This document shows, piece after piece, positions 1 through 11,551 of a DNA stretch of 64,000 nt; the first letter of the stretch is position 1; each line of letters starts with the position of its first letter. The translations under genes were made by a program, and so were the position numbers. The stretch comes from Camelus dromedarius (taxonomy: Eukaryota). The notes under the pieces are model-generated. The model had not been told where the DNA came from and searched no databases. It worked only from the letters and a program-made list of their open reading frames with translations. Location: positions 51,338,001-51,402,000 of the forward strand of contig NC_087436.1 in NCBI RefSeq assembly GCF_036321535.1, given 5' to 3'.

Positions 1-811
1 TTATTTTACATCACGAGGATAGAGCTGAACAAATAGTAAATTCGTGGGTCTTACCTCAAAGCTCACGCTCTTGAATGCAGCGCTGCACTTCTCGTGGAAG
101 CGCATGATGTCATGTAGTGCCTGCATTCTGAAGAACAGCAAGGGAACCACACGTTGTAATTTACAAACGTGAGGTCTTTTGCACTTAGTCGTCCTGCTGT
201 CTTCTATGTGGTAGGCCCTGCCTCTGAAGGTCAGCCCCACAAAATCAGGCAGGCCAACAGGTACGGTTGGCAGGTACAGTTACACAAAGGGCTGCAAGCG
301 GGGCCTCCTACCAGCTCTGTGCCGATTAGCTGGGAGCGACCAGATCAGGCTCATGATGCAGACCCCTTTCTTAAGTATTTACCCATTTAGAAAAGCAATA
401 TGCAGTAAAATTCAGTTAAGTCCAGGTTATCAGAGTCAGACCCCCTGAGCATTATCGGCATCAGGAAGGAACTCAGATGAGCCAATACTTAGCGCACAAA
501 TAGGATACAATAATGACTTAAGTTACTTTTCATTAGAAAAATCCTGACAATAGTCTCATTTTTTTTTAAAGATTGGAGTCTCCACTAGTAGAATAATCTC
601 ATGTTTGATTTATGGAAATGTATTAGAGCCATCCATTCTTTTCAGTATTTAATGGCCTATTTAAGTTATGCCACATGCACTTCAAAATAAAAACACAGAT
701 TTATGTTATCACGGGGGGTTCCATGTTCAGAAGATTCCATATAAAGTTAACTGTTTTTATTTTAACAACATTCTTTTAAGTGTTAGCCTCATTTTACTTC
801 ATCACATAGAT

Positions 812-991
812 CAAGTTTCCCGACCTCGCACTGTTGACATTTTGGACAAGATAATTCTTGGTCCTGTGTATTACAGGATATTTATCAGCCTCCCTTGTCT
901 CTACACACTAGATGCCAAGAGCACCTGCCCCACAGTCGTGACGATAAATATGTCTCCAGGTCCTGCCAAGTGCCCCAGCTGAGAACCACTA
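812..991 (-). mobile_element. MER20-like hAT-Charlie DNA transposon
   Basis: Characteristic pieces (ctgttgacattttggac..gataattctt, ctagatgcca, aaatatgtctccag, tgagaaccact) and a tctaga-like target site. Confidence 0.8.
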
Positions 992-2501
992 GTCTAGATG
1001 CTTCTCTTTTTTTATCCTAGAAAATTGACTAAGTAGAAGAGAATGGAATTAATATTAAACATATTCTTTTGATAACATTTAATACCAATTCAAATTTCTC
1101 TAGAAGTCAGTCAGGTAAATTTAAGGACCCGAGGAAGGGGCTAGTTCTTGTTTAAGTTACGAGTGATGGCTTGGGAACTAATCCAAATTGAGGAAGGGAT
1201 GATGGGAAAGATAAAATATATTACCTACTGGTTGCTCAGGCCTCCAGAATCAGTGCAAAATCTTCAGAAGATCTTCCATGTAGGTCTTTCTTTTCTGTCC
1301 GTGACTAGGAAATCTCCAAGGAAAGTTCCTCTCTTCCTAGTCTGCTAGTCTAGATCCCAACATCTGATCTCTTCCATCACTAAAAAAAGCTTCTGTAGTG
1401 TGACTCAAATTTGCTGGACAGTATTCCGTATGTTAGGGATAAAGCCAGAGTTTAAAAAATACTGCTTCCCTCTGGACTTTTTCAGTTGGGATCATTCTTG
1501 AAAATGGATTACCTTTCTTCCACCTTAGCATTGCTCTAATATTCATCCTCCCTTCCATGCAAATGGCATGATGTGAACTCCTTCCGATCCCCCAGCTCCA
1601 ACTCCTCTAACATCTTCCTTCCTCTAGCAAAGCCTAATCATTCACGGAGGGGAGGAGCTGTGGCTAGGGAGGCACTGGGAGGACCTCAGTTACTTTTAGG
1701 TTTCTTGTTCTACATTTCGTTGTGATGACCAAGTAATAAGATTTCAAGGGCCAGAGTGTCTAGGGAAAGAGACTATTAAAGGGTTTTTTTTTTTTTTTTC
1801 ACCATGGTTTTATTCTAAATTAGCCCAGTTCATAAAGACAGTATTTAGAGGTCTTGAATTGAGACTTCTTCCTATGTTAAAGATCTGAATAACAGTCAGG
1901 CTTTATCTCCCACTTCCACCCTAACTGAATCTCAGGTAAGAAATGATCTAAAGTGCTTTGTAATTAGAAAAGTTCACATTTTGCCTGTTAATGGATTTCA
2001 CATTTTTAATAAGAATGCAGTCCACAGTGGGCTTGTAGGCACTCGTCACAGGCCAATATGGAAATTCTTACTTTAGCAATAATAAGACACATTTGAATTC
2101 TGTAGATGTAGAAAACTATAGAAAAGCAGTCAGTTTTCCTATTACTTTTCCTGACTCTTTGGATGGGACAATCCACAGAAATGGGGGCTCTGAGTGTGGA
2201 AGGACATTCCATTTCTTGAAAGCTTAGATGTGAAACTATGGACCAAATTTCCAAATGTCATAATGACAAAGTACTTTCTATTAGGGATTGATCAAACTAC
2301 TATATTATTTTTCAAGACTTGAGCTTGAGAGTGTTACTAGTCATGAGAAACTTACAGGCACTGTTTCGCAGAGTCACTTTAAATAGCTGTCCGTATCAAT
2401 CACTGCAGAATCATTTTTAATAGATACCTCTACTGTTTAGAAGCTAGAAAAAATCATTTATGTGTTTAATTTATGGGCCCTACACAGTGAAATAAATCGA
2501 G

Positions 2502-2608
2502 TTTATTTAAAAAAATGTTGGTTGACTTCTCTTTGTAAACTGGTAAGCAGAAGAATTTAGAGGTTAATTCTCATACATTTATTTTTAAAGGTCAGACATA
2601 GCTTTATT
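2502..2608 (-). terminator. Cluster of three AATAAA polyadenylation signals (2603-2608, 2578-2583, 2502-2507)
   Basis: TTTATT appears on + at each position, about 700-800 nt into the last exon. Confidence 0.7.
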
Positions 2609-3311
2609 CACTTTGTTTGCAGCAACTGTGTATAGAAATCACAGAATGATAAAACCGCATTCTATTCTAAGTTAGTAAATTGTTTCTAAGAAATAGGTTG
2701 ATGAAATTGTAAGCCTTCAAATAGAGAATATAGGTTTGGAAATGTATATTAATTTGAGATATAGAAAGTTAAAAAAATAATGTTCTCAAGATTATATGCA
2801 AATAGACTCTAAAAAAGGAAAGGTAGCTGCAAGCATGACGTGACAACAATAATTAGAGCTTTGAACGTGAGAAATTGAGAAAACAGATCACCCATTTGAA
2901 AAGCAAATATGTACGAAGTAAATTTGTATTTTTTATGGTTACTCTAAGTGTAGGAGGAGTAAACTATTAAGGTTAGCCCCTTAAACAGGCCCAATAACTT
3001 GCTACAGAGCAGTTAACTTCTCTTTAACTTTCAAGACAGGAAATAGCTACTTCAGTGGCAAAGTGCATTGTCAAATGCAAGAATGTTCAAAGAATGCAAT
3101 TGCTCTACAGCGCTCAATGTTAATCTTGATATACCCATCTGAAGCAGGTCTAATGCCAATAAATTGTGGCAATAACAAATTCTGAAATCCAGGAGCTTGC
3201 TTCTGTTTTCATAGTATAGATTTGCCCTGAAGACAGCAGGCAATCCAAATGCAAGCTTGCGTCACCCAGAAAGCACAGTGTCTGCAGAGCCTTCAGTTTC
3301 ATTATGATAAC
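2580..3311 (-). other. BANK1: BANK1 last exon (17), entirely 3' UTR
   Basis: Acceptor cttattttcag|GTTATCATAATGAAAC after a 267-nt intron (3312-3578). Resembles the human BANK1 3' UTR as recalled. The end is inferred from the poly(A) signals. Confidence 0.82.
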
Positions 3312-3583
3312 CTGAAAATAAGATCACAGGAAATGTATTAGTGAATACTGAATCATCAACTGAAATTGACTAGCTAGCACAAAATCACCCCCAGACATAA
3401 ATCTTTCTAAGGAGCAATCACCTTTAGTTTGAAAAATAACACCTGTTTATCCTTTCAGGAGAAGACAATGAAATATTTAAAGTGTTCTGTTTGCTAGACA
3501 AACGATTCTCTCAAGTTCCCAATAAGGCTGTTTTAGGTTTTCTAAAAAATATAGTTGTATATATAGCTGATATTTTACCTTCT

Positions 3584-3643
3584 TTAGTGATCTTTCCTGA
3601 AACAGAAACCAAATTCTTTTTCAACTTGGAATCGAGGAGGAGG
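3584..3643 (-). CDS. BANK1: BANK1 exon 16 coding part: PPPRFQVEKEFGFCFRKDH* (TAA at 3584-3586; the exon runs to 3579)
   Basis: Acceptor tttttttccccttag|CCT; the stop is followed by AGAAG|gtaaaa donor. Confidence 0.93.
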   Translation of the reverse strand, partial: PPPRFQVEKEFGFCFRKDH

Positions 3644-3827
3644 CTAAGGGGAAAAAAAAAAGACAGAGTTAGCATTTCTCCATTTTAAGGCTGAACAAAG
3701 GAACATGATAAAGTCATAGCTGCCTTTCACAGTCACAGAAAAACAGCTTTGTTGAGGCAACCGGAGGGACAATCCTCCATCTTAAAAGGAAAGAATCGTT
3801 ATAAAGCTCAGCTACATCAAAGTCCTT

Positions 3828-3960
3828 AAGATCTGCAAATACTAACTACTATATATAAAATAGATTAAAAAAAAATTTCTTCTGTATAGCACAGGGAACT
3901 GTATTCAATATCTTGTGGTAACCGTTAATGAAAAAATACAAAAATGAAAAAAAAAAAAAA
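3828..3960 (+). mobile_element. Short young L1 3'-UTR fragment with A tail and target-site duplication
   Basis: Closely matches 55147-55267 of the longer L1 in this window. Flanked by caaagtccttaag (3818-3830) and caaagtccttgag (3965-3977). Confidence 0.88.
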
Positions 3961-5045
3961 CCCACAAAGTCCTTGAGTTCAAATTTTGTTTTTGAGGGAG
4001 AATAACCTAAGTGTTGGGAATTTGTATTCTTTTGCTCTTTTCCAAAATCTTGCTCTGAAGAAAATATGCCACTGTTGCATAGTCCTTCAGATCTTGTAGA
4101 AGTATCTTTGTTTGACAAAGATATTTTCGTGAACTCCTGGGCTAGGTGGTACCTCACAATTCTGCTATAGTCAAATGAGTCTCATGAGTCTATCTGCTGT
4201 GGGCTACTTAGGTTTACAGCGCACTAGTGAGCCACAGAATAACCCAGAAAGGCAAACACTTCAAGCCGTTCTTCAGAGTGAATGACTTTGATGATTACGT
4301 ACGATTTATGCAAAACGTAAGAGAGCTTACAGGGCTATTAAAATTTGGTAAACGAAAACTGGCTCATTAAGAAAATTTACCGAGGGCCCTAACTTCTGGA
4401 TTTTAGCAAGAAATCCAGCTGCCACATGACCCTGGGTAACAGTGCAAATTTTCTACATCACATGTGTAGGTAGTTGGAATTCCACGATTTTTAAGGAGAA
4501 AATTTTTGGTCAGGACTTCACTGGTATTGTCTTGAACTGGTCTTAGTTTTCCATTGCTGCTGTTTTTGCTTAGTGTTATTTTTAGCTTCTTGTTGGCAAT
4601 TAATTTTCAGTTAACTCTACAATGTGAAGTAATGCATATTTATATGAACAATATTTTGGCATTATATCTTTTCCTATAACTAGACTTTGAGGACTGTATA
4701 AATTGTGGTTCAAATAGACTCATCACATTCCTTTTGCTAAAGAAGTATGTATTTACAACTCCTCTAAGATTTATTTAGTCTGTATGTGTTGAATTAGCCA
4801 CACTTTGGCCTCGGTGCCATTTCCCTTTGAGTTCTTTCTTTGCTATTTTCTGAATAGTTAATTTCTTTAAATTACTGCTCATGGATTTTGCACACAAATG
4901 TTTCTGTAATCTATTTAGTTCATATGTGTTGAAATGTTTCAAAGCATACTCAGGATAGAAGGCTTTCACATTCTTTCTCAACAAAGAAATTCTCTCTTTT
5001 TTTTTTTTTTTGCATTTTATAAAAGTGAAGATAAATACAACCCAC

Positions 5046-5101
5046 CTTATTGCCAAAGGGTATGTTATAAAGCATACTTTCACTGGGGGCACTTTCGTTA
5101 C
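5046..5101 (-). CDS. BANK1: BANK1 exon 15 (56 nt, phase 1 to 0): GNESAPSESMLYNIPFGNK
   Basis: Acceptor tttgtatttctag|GTAAC; donor AAG|gtgggt. The peptide lies within ORF 4950..5138. Confidence 0.9.
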
Positions 5102-5544
5102 CTAGAAATACAAACTCCGTTATTATGTCTTCACTCATTCACACATTTAATAATTCCTTTATTCAACACAAAAATATATAAATACACAAAGAATAGGATA
5201 TGAGTAAAGAGAAAAACTACTAAAGAGATAAAAAGGGCATATTGAAAAGGCACCCTTGACAAGCATGTATTAATTTCTCCTACTGACATAGATTGACTAG
5301 AGAAGGATACTGAAGAGCTGCTTCAGCTCAGAAACAATCAGGCTGGAGGCGGGGCTTCTAGCTGATTGGACAGCTCCCCAGCCGGCCCGCAGCGCCTCTC
5401 CACTTCCCCAGACTTCTGCACACAGTCCTCTCCCATCACAGTAAGGTGAACCCCTCCAGTTACTAAGTGTTACTTCAATTTCATTTGCTCTGTCAATATC
5501 TCCCATTTATCAAGCATTAGCCCCATTTACATAAATCATCATCA

Positions 5545-5700
5545 GTCCTTATAGCAATTCCCCACTGTATAATTCTTGTCTGCACTTTACATATGAGGAA
5601 ACTGAGGCTTAAAGAGTTTACATGACTTGCCAAAGGTCACAGCTAGTAAGTTGTGAAGAGCCAGGTCAGAGTTCAAAGCACGTGCTTCTTTTACAATATC
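5545..5700 (-). mobile_element. MIR SINE
   Basis: MIR core: tttacatatgaggaaactgaggct...gacttgccaaaggtcacagctagtaag. Confidence 0.85.
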
Positions 5701-5898
5701 ACAATGCCTCTAGCATTGCTAGTCTAGAATCACCTCATGTTTATTTTGGATGTCAAGTGGTTTTGCATGTACACAAAAAATGTTTGTGAGTTTTTACACT
5801 GACCAGCCTAATCATATTAGGTTTGCATTAATATTAAAATTCGTTTACTACGATCTTTGCTTTAGTCTTAAATCCTTCCATAAACACCAAACACTTAC

Positions 5899-5928
5899 CA
5901 TTTGGATGGTGCACAATGGTGAGTTTAT
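5899..5928 (-). CDS. BANK1: BANK1 exon 14 (30 nt microexon, phase 1 to 1): NKLTIVHHPN
   Basis: Acceptor T20-gtcttctag|ATAAA; donor AATG|gtaagt. Confidence 0.92.
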
Positions 5929-6249
5929 CTAGAAGACAAAAAAAAAAAAAAAAAAAAGCACATTCTACTGAGTTTTGCTCAGTATTTAACTTAAGCTCAT
6001 TTCTTCTTATTGTTTGACGACTTCTTGTCTTTGTGATGACTATGAAGTTTCACAATCTGATTTAAAAAATGTTAACCTCCAGCTGCTAAATGTGAACCTA
6101 TGTCTTTTATTACCTCTTTTTTCCTTCTGACGCTTGTCCCATGGTATTACAAGATTTTCATACGTTTGACATAATACAAGCTTCCTACTCTGCTTTGATA
6201 CTGTTTTAGCCTGAGCTATTCAGTTCTCTTTTCTAAAATTAACCTTATT

Positions 6250-6970
6250 CAGACTTACTACATACAGTACAATTCAAACATTTTAAAGGGTGCAAGTTGA
6301 TGACTTTTGACAAATCGATACAGCTTATACTCAGCATCCTTGTTAGCACAGAGAACATTTCATCTCCACAGAAAACCCCCTTCTGCCCCCTTAGCTCATT
6401 TCTCACCCACCATTACCCCTGGTGACCCCTGAGCTGATTTCTATTTCTATAGATTAGTTTTATCTAGAAGTCCAGATAAAAGCATGTACTCCTCTGTGTC
6501 TGGTGTCTTTCACTCAGCATAGTGGTAACAGTAGTGTAACGGTAGGTATCACTTTTTACTGCTGAGTAGTATTCCATTGTGAGAATATATCACAACATGA
6601 TTGTCTATTCTTCTATTGGACATTTGGATTGTTTTCAGTTTAGCTACTACGTATGAAACTGCTAGGAACTTTCACGAATATCTTTTGGATGGACTTATTC
6701 TCCATCTTCTATCTTTCTTGGATAGCTAGGTTATCTAGCGAGTGTATATTTAACATTCCTAAAGTCACCACAGCGCTTCATACTCCCATCAGCAATGCAT
6801 GCAATGCATGTCCAGTTGTTCCACATCCTAACTGCTTAACTTTGACAACATTTTACAATTTTAGCTATTGTACTTGTTGTGTCTTGGTGCCCCTTTATAA
6901 TTTAATTTACTTTTTCCTGAGGATTAATGATGTTGAGCATCTTTTCACATGCTTATTGGCCATTTGTTTT
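6250..6970 (-). mobile_element. Old L1M-type LINE, 3' end
   Basis: Antisense L1 motifs: gctgagtagtattccattgt, ggacatttggattgttttcag, gatgttgagcatcttttcacatgcttattggccattt. Confidence 0.8.
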
Positions 6971-6999
6971 TGTAAACTAAGATCTAGGTACTAGATGTA

Positions 7000-8430
7000 C
7001 CCATTGTTGCTGATTTGTCATTGCTTCTAGGTCCTCTCAGCAGACAGAGCTAAGGAAATACATATATGGAAGTATATATTATATGTAATATATATATAAA
7101 ACTATATTTTTCTCTTTATGTATAACATATATATTAAACTCACTCTTTTCTCCTCTAGGACTTTAATTATGTGCATGCTAGACTGTGTTATATTGTACTA
7201 TATGTCTCTGAGGCTCCATTCATTTTTAAAGTCTTTTTATCCCCCTGTTCATCATACGAGATAATTTCTATTGAACTGCCTTCAAGTTCATTAAATCTTA
7301 CTTTTGCTATATACGATCTGCTGATAAGCTCTTCTGATAAATTTTTCATTTCTTTTACAGTAATTTTAATTTCTACAAATTTCCCCTTGGTTCTTTTATA
7401 TAGTTTCATTTTTTTCTGCTGAGATTTCATGTTTATTCACTCCTTAAAACCGTATTTTTCATTAATTTAAGTATGTTCATAATTTACAGTCTCTGTCTGC
7501 TAAGTTCAACAACAAGACCATCTCAGGTTCAGTTTTATTGATGGCTTTCTTTTTCTTTTCTATCAATTACATTTTTCTTTTCCTTTGTACCTCTTCTTTA
7601 TTTAAAAAAAAAATCCTGAATACTAGATATTAAAAGTAATCTGTTGTATTTTCTAGATTCTGTAATATTCCTTTGATAAGAATAGGTTCTTGTTTTAACA
7701 AGCAGTTTGATTACTGGCATGAACTTGTGGTGGGCTTGGTTTTCTGCTCTTTTCAGTCTTGACCTGTAGAAAGCCCAAGATGTTTCCTAAGGCCCTCAGT
7801 AGGACAAAGCCTACAAACTCTGTCTTCCACGGGCTCTTGTAGGGGAGTGGTTTTAGGCTTTATTGGGACAGGTCTACAGCAGGATGTACTCTAAGTCATG
7901 GTCCTTACTCATTGCATCTTTTGGATGTCACAGCAGGAAGCCAAGTGTGTTAATAATAAGGAGACCTTTCCACTCAAACATCCCCAGTTTGGCTTTTCCC
8001 TGGCTCTTCTCAACCTTCAGTGTCTCTGTTTTGCCTTAAATGCTCTAGAAGCTGCTTTCTTCTATGTCCTGAGTGGTCTTGCCCTGCACATGGACAACTC
8101 GTCCTGTAGCCACAGGCTCGTGTAGTCCCTTACTCTCTTTGAGCTATCTCCACCATACACATCCCAGCGGCTTGGGCTACCCTGAACTCTGATTTTTGTT
8201 CTCTCACAGTTTGACAGGACTGCTTGCTTTGCACAAATTGTAGTCAGAAAATCAGTCTCCTGGGCAATCATGAGAGACGTCTCATACGTTTTGTTTTTCT
8301 CTGGGATTGTAGCTTTAGGCTGCCTGTTGTCTACTCTCTGAAATCAGCTGCCTCGTATTTCTGCCCAGTATTAGTATTCTGTACAGTGGGAGGGTTTGTC
8401 TGCTACCTCTTATTCCAATTTGGCTGGAAG
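7000..8430 (-). mobile_element. Old L1M fragments including degenerate ORF1 coiled coil and 5' region
   Basis: ORF 7188..7430 (EIKITVKEMKNLSEELISRSYIAKVRFNELEGSSIEII) resembles the L1 ORF1p coiled coil. Boundaries are uncertain. Confidence 0.65.
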
Positions 8431-9184
8431 GGAAATGAGTTAATTCCTAATTAACTAAAAGACATTCCTAATTCCTAAATTCCATGTTAGAAAGGTGGTC
8501 TGTAGAACCCAGTTATCTGTAAAGCAGTTTTGTGTTTATGACCTTAATTATTTTAGAAAGTGTATTTCTGTTTTAGAAAATATTTCTAAGAGAACTTAAA
8601 GAATTCTCTGGAAAAGTAATAACCTAATAACATAAAAGAAAATGAACTTTAACACGGTGAATTTCAGCATGAGTACTAGCTAAAAGCTGCGCAATGTTAC
8701 TGAAAAAGGAAGAGATGGGCGCTCTCAAGCTTTGCTAGTTGCTGTCAGATTTTAATTATCTGTGCAGGGGTAGGGACTTGGGGAAAGAGTGGTCATATAG
8801 TGGCAATATAACTTATTTTCAATTTTGGAACTTGTTTATCTTTGGAGAAGATTTACCATCTTAATAATGTTTGGTTTGTGTTAACATTAAAATGAGTGTT
8901 TTTTTCCCCTGTGAGCAACTATGAGTGAGTAATTAATAGCAAGAGAAATCTGCATTGACAAGAACCGTGCTAGCTTCAGGCGAAGGCAACTTGAGATTTA
9001 CAATGTGAAATGACCCATATGTGGACAGTTGTGAGAACTGACTATATTAAAGATATTCTACCTTATTAAAAAAAGTGTGACTCCTTAATAATTTAATACC
9101 CTGTATAATGGCTCATACAAAAAAAAAAAACTGGAGCAAAATTATCTTATTTGTAACTTATGTAGAAACCACAGGAAAGGATAA

Positions 9185-9415
9185 GTAGCATTTATGGAAG
9201 GTTGATTATGGGCCAGAGAAGGTGAAAAGGATATTTTATGTTAACTTGCAAACCAATTCCAGATATATGTATCACTATTCCCGTTTTACAGAGAAGGAAA
9301 CTGAGTACCAAGGATGAAGACACTCTCCAGTTTAAACAGCTGGAAAGTGATGGAGTAAAACTTGAACCCAGGCCTGTTCAGCTCCACCGTCTTTGCACTT
9401 TTCACTTCATCACTC
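9185..9415 (-). mobile_element. MIR SINE directly downstream of exon 13
   Basis: cccgttttacagagaaggaaactgag...cttgaacccagg. Confidence 0.75.
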
Positions 9416-9449
9416 TATTATTTTTGAAAAGCGGGCAAATTTTACTTAC

Positions 9450-9513
9450 TGTAGACATTTTCTTCTTCTGGCCTTTTCCCAATAATGCAGTCTCGTAGTT
9501 GGCGTAGTTTTTC
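9450..9513 (-). CDS. BANK1: BANK1 exon 13 (64 nt, phase 0 to 1): EKLRQLRDCIIGKRPEEENVY
   Basis: Acceptor ttttctcctcatgaag|GAAAAA; donor TACA|gtaagt. Confidence 0.93.
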
Positions 9514-9659
9514 CTTCATGAGGAGAAAACCAGGAAACAGACGTCAAGATTCACATATTTGTCATAGATCAAGATGAAAACTTTAACTACTATCACCAGT
9601 ACCACCACTACAAGTTAGTACAAATTTGGTCCTCACAATGTCCCAATCACCATCCTTGA

Positions 9660-9820
9660 TACTTTACATATTTCATCTTACTTAATCCTCACAACTTCAT
9701 GAAATGGTTAAAAATGTAGTCATCTCATTTTACAAATACGGAAACTGAGGTACAGAGAAATTAACCTTCCCAAATCACACCTGTAAGTGGGAGGTGGAGA
9801 TGTTTTCCCAGTCTAACGCC
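9660..9820 (-). mobile_element. MIR SINE
   Basis: ttaatcctcacaac...catctcattttacaaatacggaaactgaggtacagaga. Confidence 0.8.
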
Positions 9821-9884
9821 TGAGGCATCTACGTTGGCTATTTAGTATCCAAAAGCAGGAGGGCAACACAATGATGGTTTGCTG

Positions 9885-10417
9885 GGGTATACATACAATA
9901 GGCTATTATTCAACCAAGAGAAAGAAGGAAATCCTCTTTTGAGGCAACATGGATGGACCTTGAGGGCATTATGCAAAGTGAAATAAATCTGATGGAGAAG
10001 GACAAATGCTGTGTGGTCACACTGATATGTGAAATCCAAAAAAGCCAAATTCATAAAAACAGAGTAGAGTGGTAGTTGTCAGGAGCTAACGAGTGGAAGA
10101 AATGGGGAGATGTTGGTCAAAGAGTATAAACTTCCAGCTATACAATGAAAAAGTTCTGGCGACCTAATGTTCAGCATGATGATTATATTTAATGGTACTG
10201 TATTTTATATATATATTATTTACAGCAACTTGAAAGTTGCTAAGAGAGTAAATATTATATGTTCTCACCACAAAAAATGGTAATTTTGTGACATGATGGA
10301 GGTGTTAGCTAATGCTATGGTGGTAACAGTTTTGCAATATATCAAATCAACACATTGCACACTTTAAATTGACACACTGTTACATGTCAATTATATCTCA
10401 ATAGAGCTGGGAAAAAA
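9885..10417 (+). mobile_element. L1 3' end (L1MA9-like)
   Basis: gcaacatggatggaccttgagggcattatgcaaagtgaaataa ... gaaagttgctaagagagta ... tgtcaattatatctcaata. Confidence 0.88.
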
Positions 10418-11551
10418 TGGAAAAGAACTGATTGATTTCTCCTCAGTCAGAGTCACAAACTTTCGGCTCTTATGGAAAGTAGTCTTAGTGCCTGTTCTTG
10501 CATTTACAGGCTAAGTTTGTTTTGTTTTGTTTTGCATAAGTGCTAACCACATTCATTATCCCATTAACCCCATATATTAGATAAGTTACATCAGTCTTGA
10601 AGTAGTTGAGTATAGACCATCTTAAATTCTTTCCAAAACAATATTGAATATAAATACACAAATAAAATTGAAACAACCAAAGGTTTAATAAAGCAACTAG
10701 TGAAATCATTTCCAAGAAGGTACTTAAGTTGGACTACTTTAAATTGTAAACTTCACTACTGAAGGATCTAAGGAGGATGAAGTACAATTGACTTATTTCG
10801 ACAAAACTTATATAACTTATTTTCTAGCATTGTTAGGAAAGTGATTTGTAGCCATTTCAGGATAAGAGGATGCTTGATGGTGACTGGCAATGGATGGATT
10901 GAGAAGCGAAGTTGTATTTGTAACCACGAACTACGATCTGCTACAGAACTCTACAGTCAGCATCCTTAGCATTTGTTTGGCCAAACAACTGCCCTTGCTT
11001 AACACTGCAAAATCTTGACCAGGTCCAGCCACCCAACCACAGTACGAGGTAACCTCAGAGACAGGCGAGTTCTGACAAGGCATGTGATCGCAGACGTACG
11101 GGGAAATCCCCTTGGCCTAAACTAGCTCCTGCCTATATGCCGTACTGCGATTCATTTCTCTGCTGTTCAAAAATCTTAAGCACTATTTTCAAATAAAAAT
11201 GATCCCTGAGGAAAGGTAGCATACTAAGCTATTAATGATTATTTATACTTTAGCCTAACGTAGCTAGCAAAATGTGTTTAATCAAACAGCTGCCTGAGAA
11301 CTGGCTTCTAAGGTACTGCGGCTTTCTGTGATGAGAAAAAAAAAAACTGGTGAAGTATTTTGGGAGTGGGAAGGCCTGCTGGAGAGAGAATACTGCCCTG
11401 CTATCCCTCACTGAGGCATGTCATGGAGTATATATTATATGCTGTTTTCATTCTCCTCTTAGAACCACCTACTCCAATCCCCTCTCAGGATGTAAATTAT
11501 GTTTATAGAAGACAAGCTTATCTCAAGTTAATACTCTTAGTATAATTCCTC

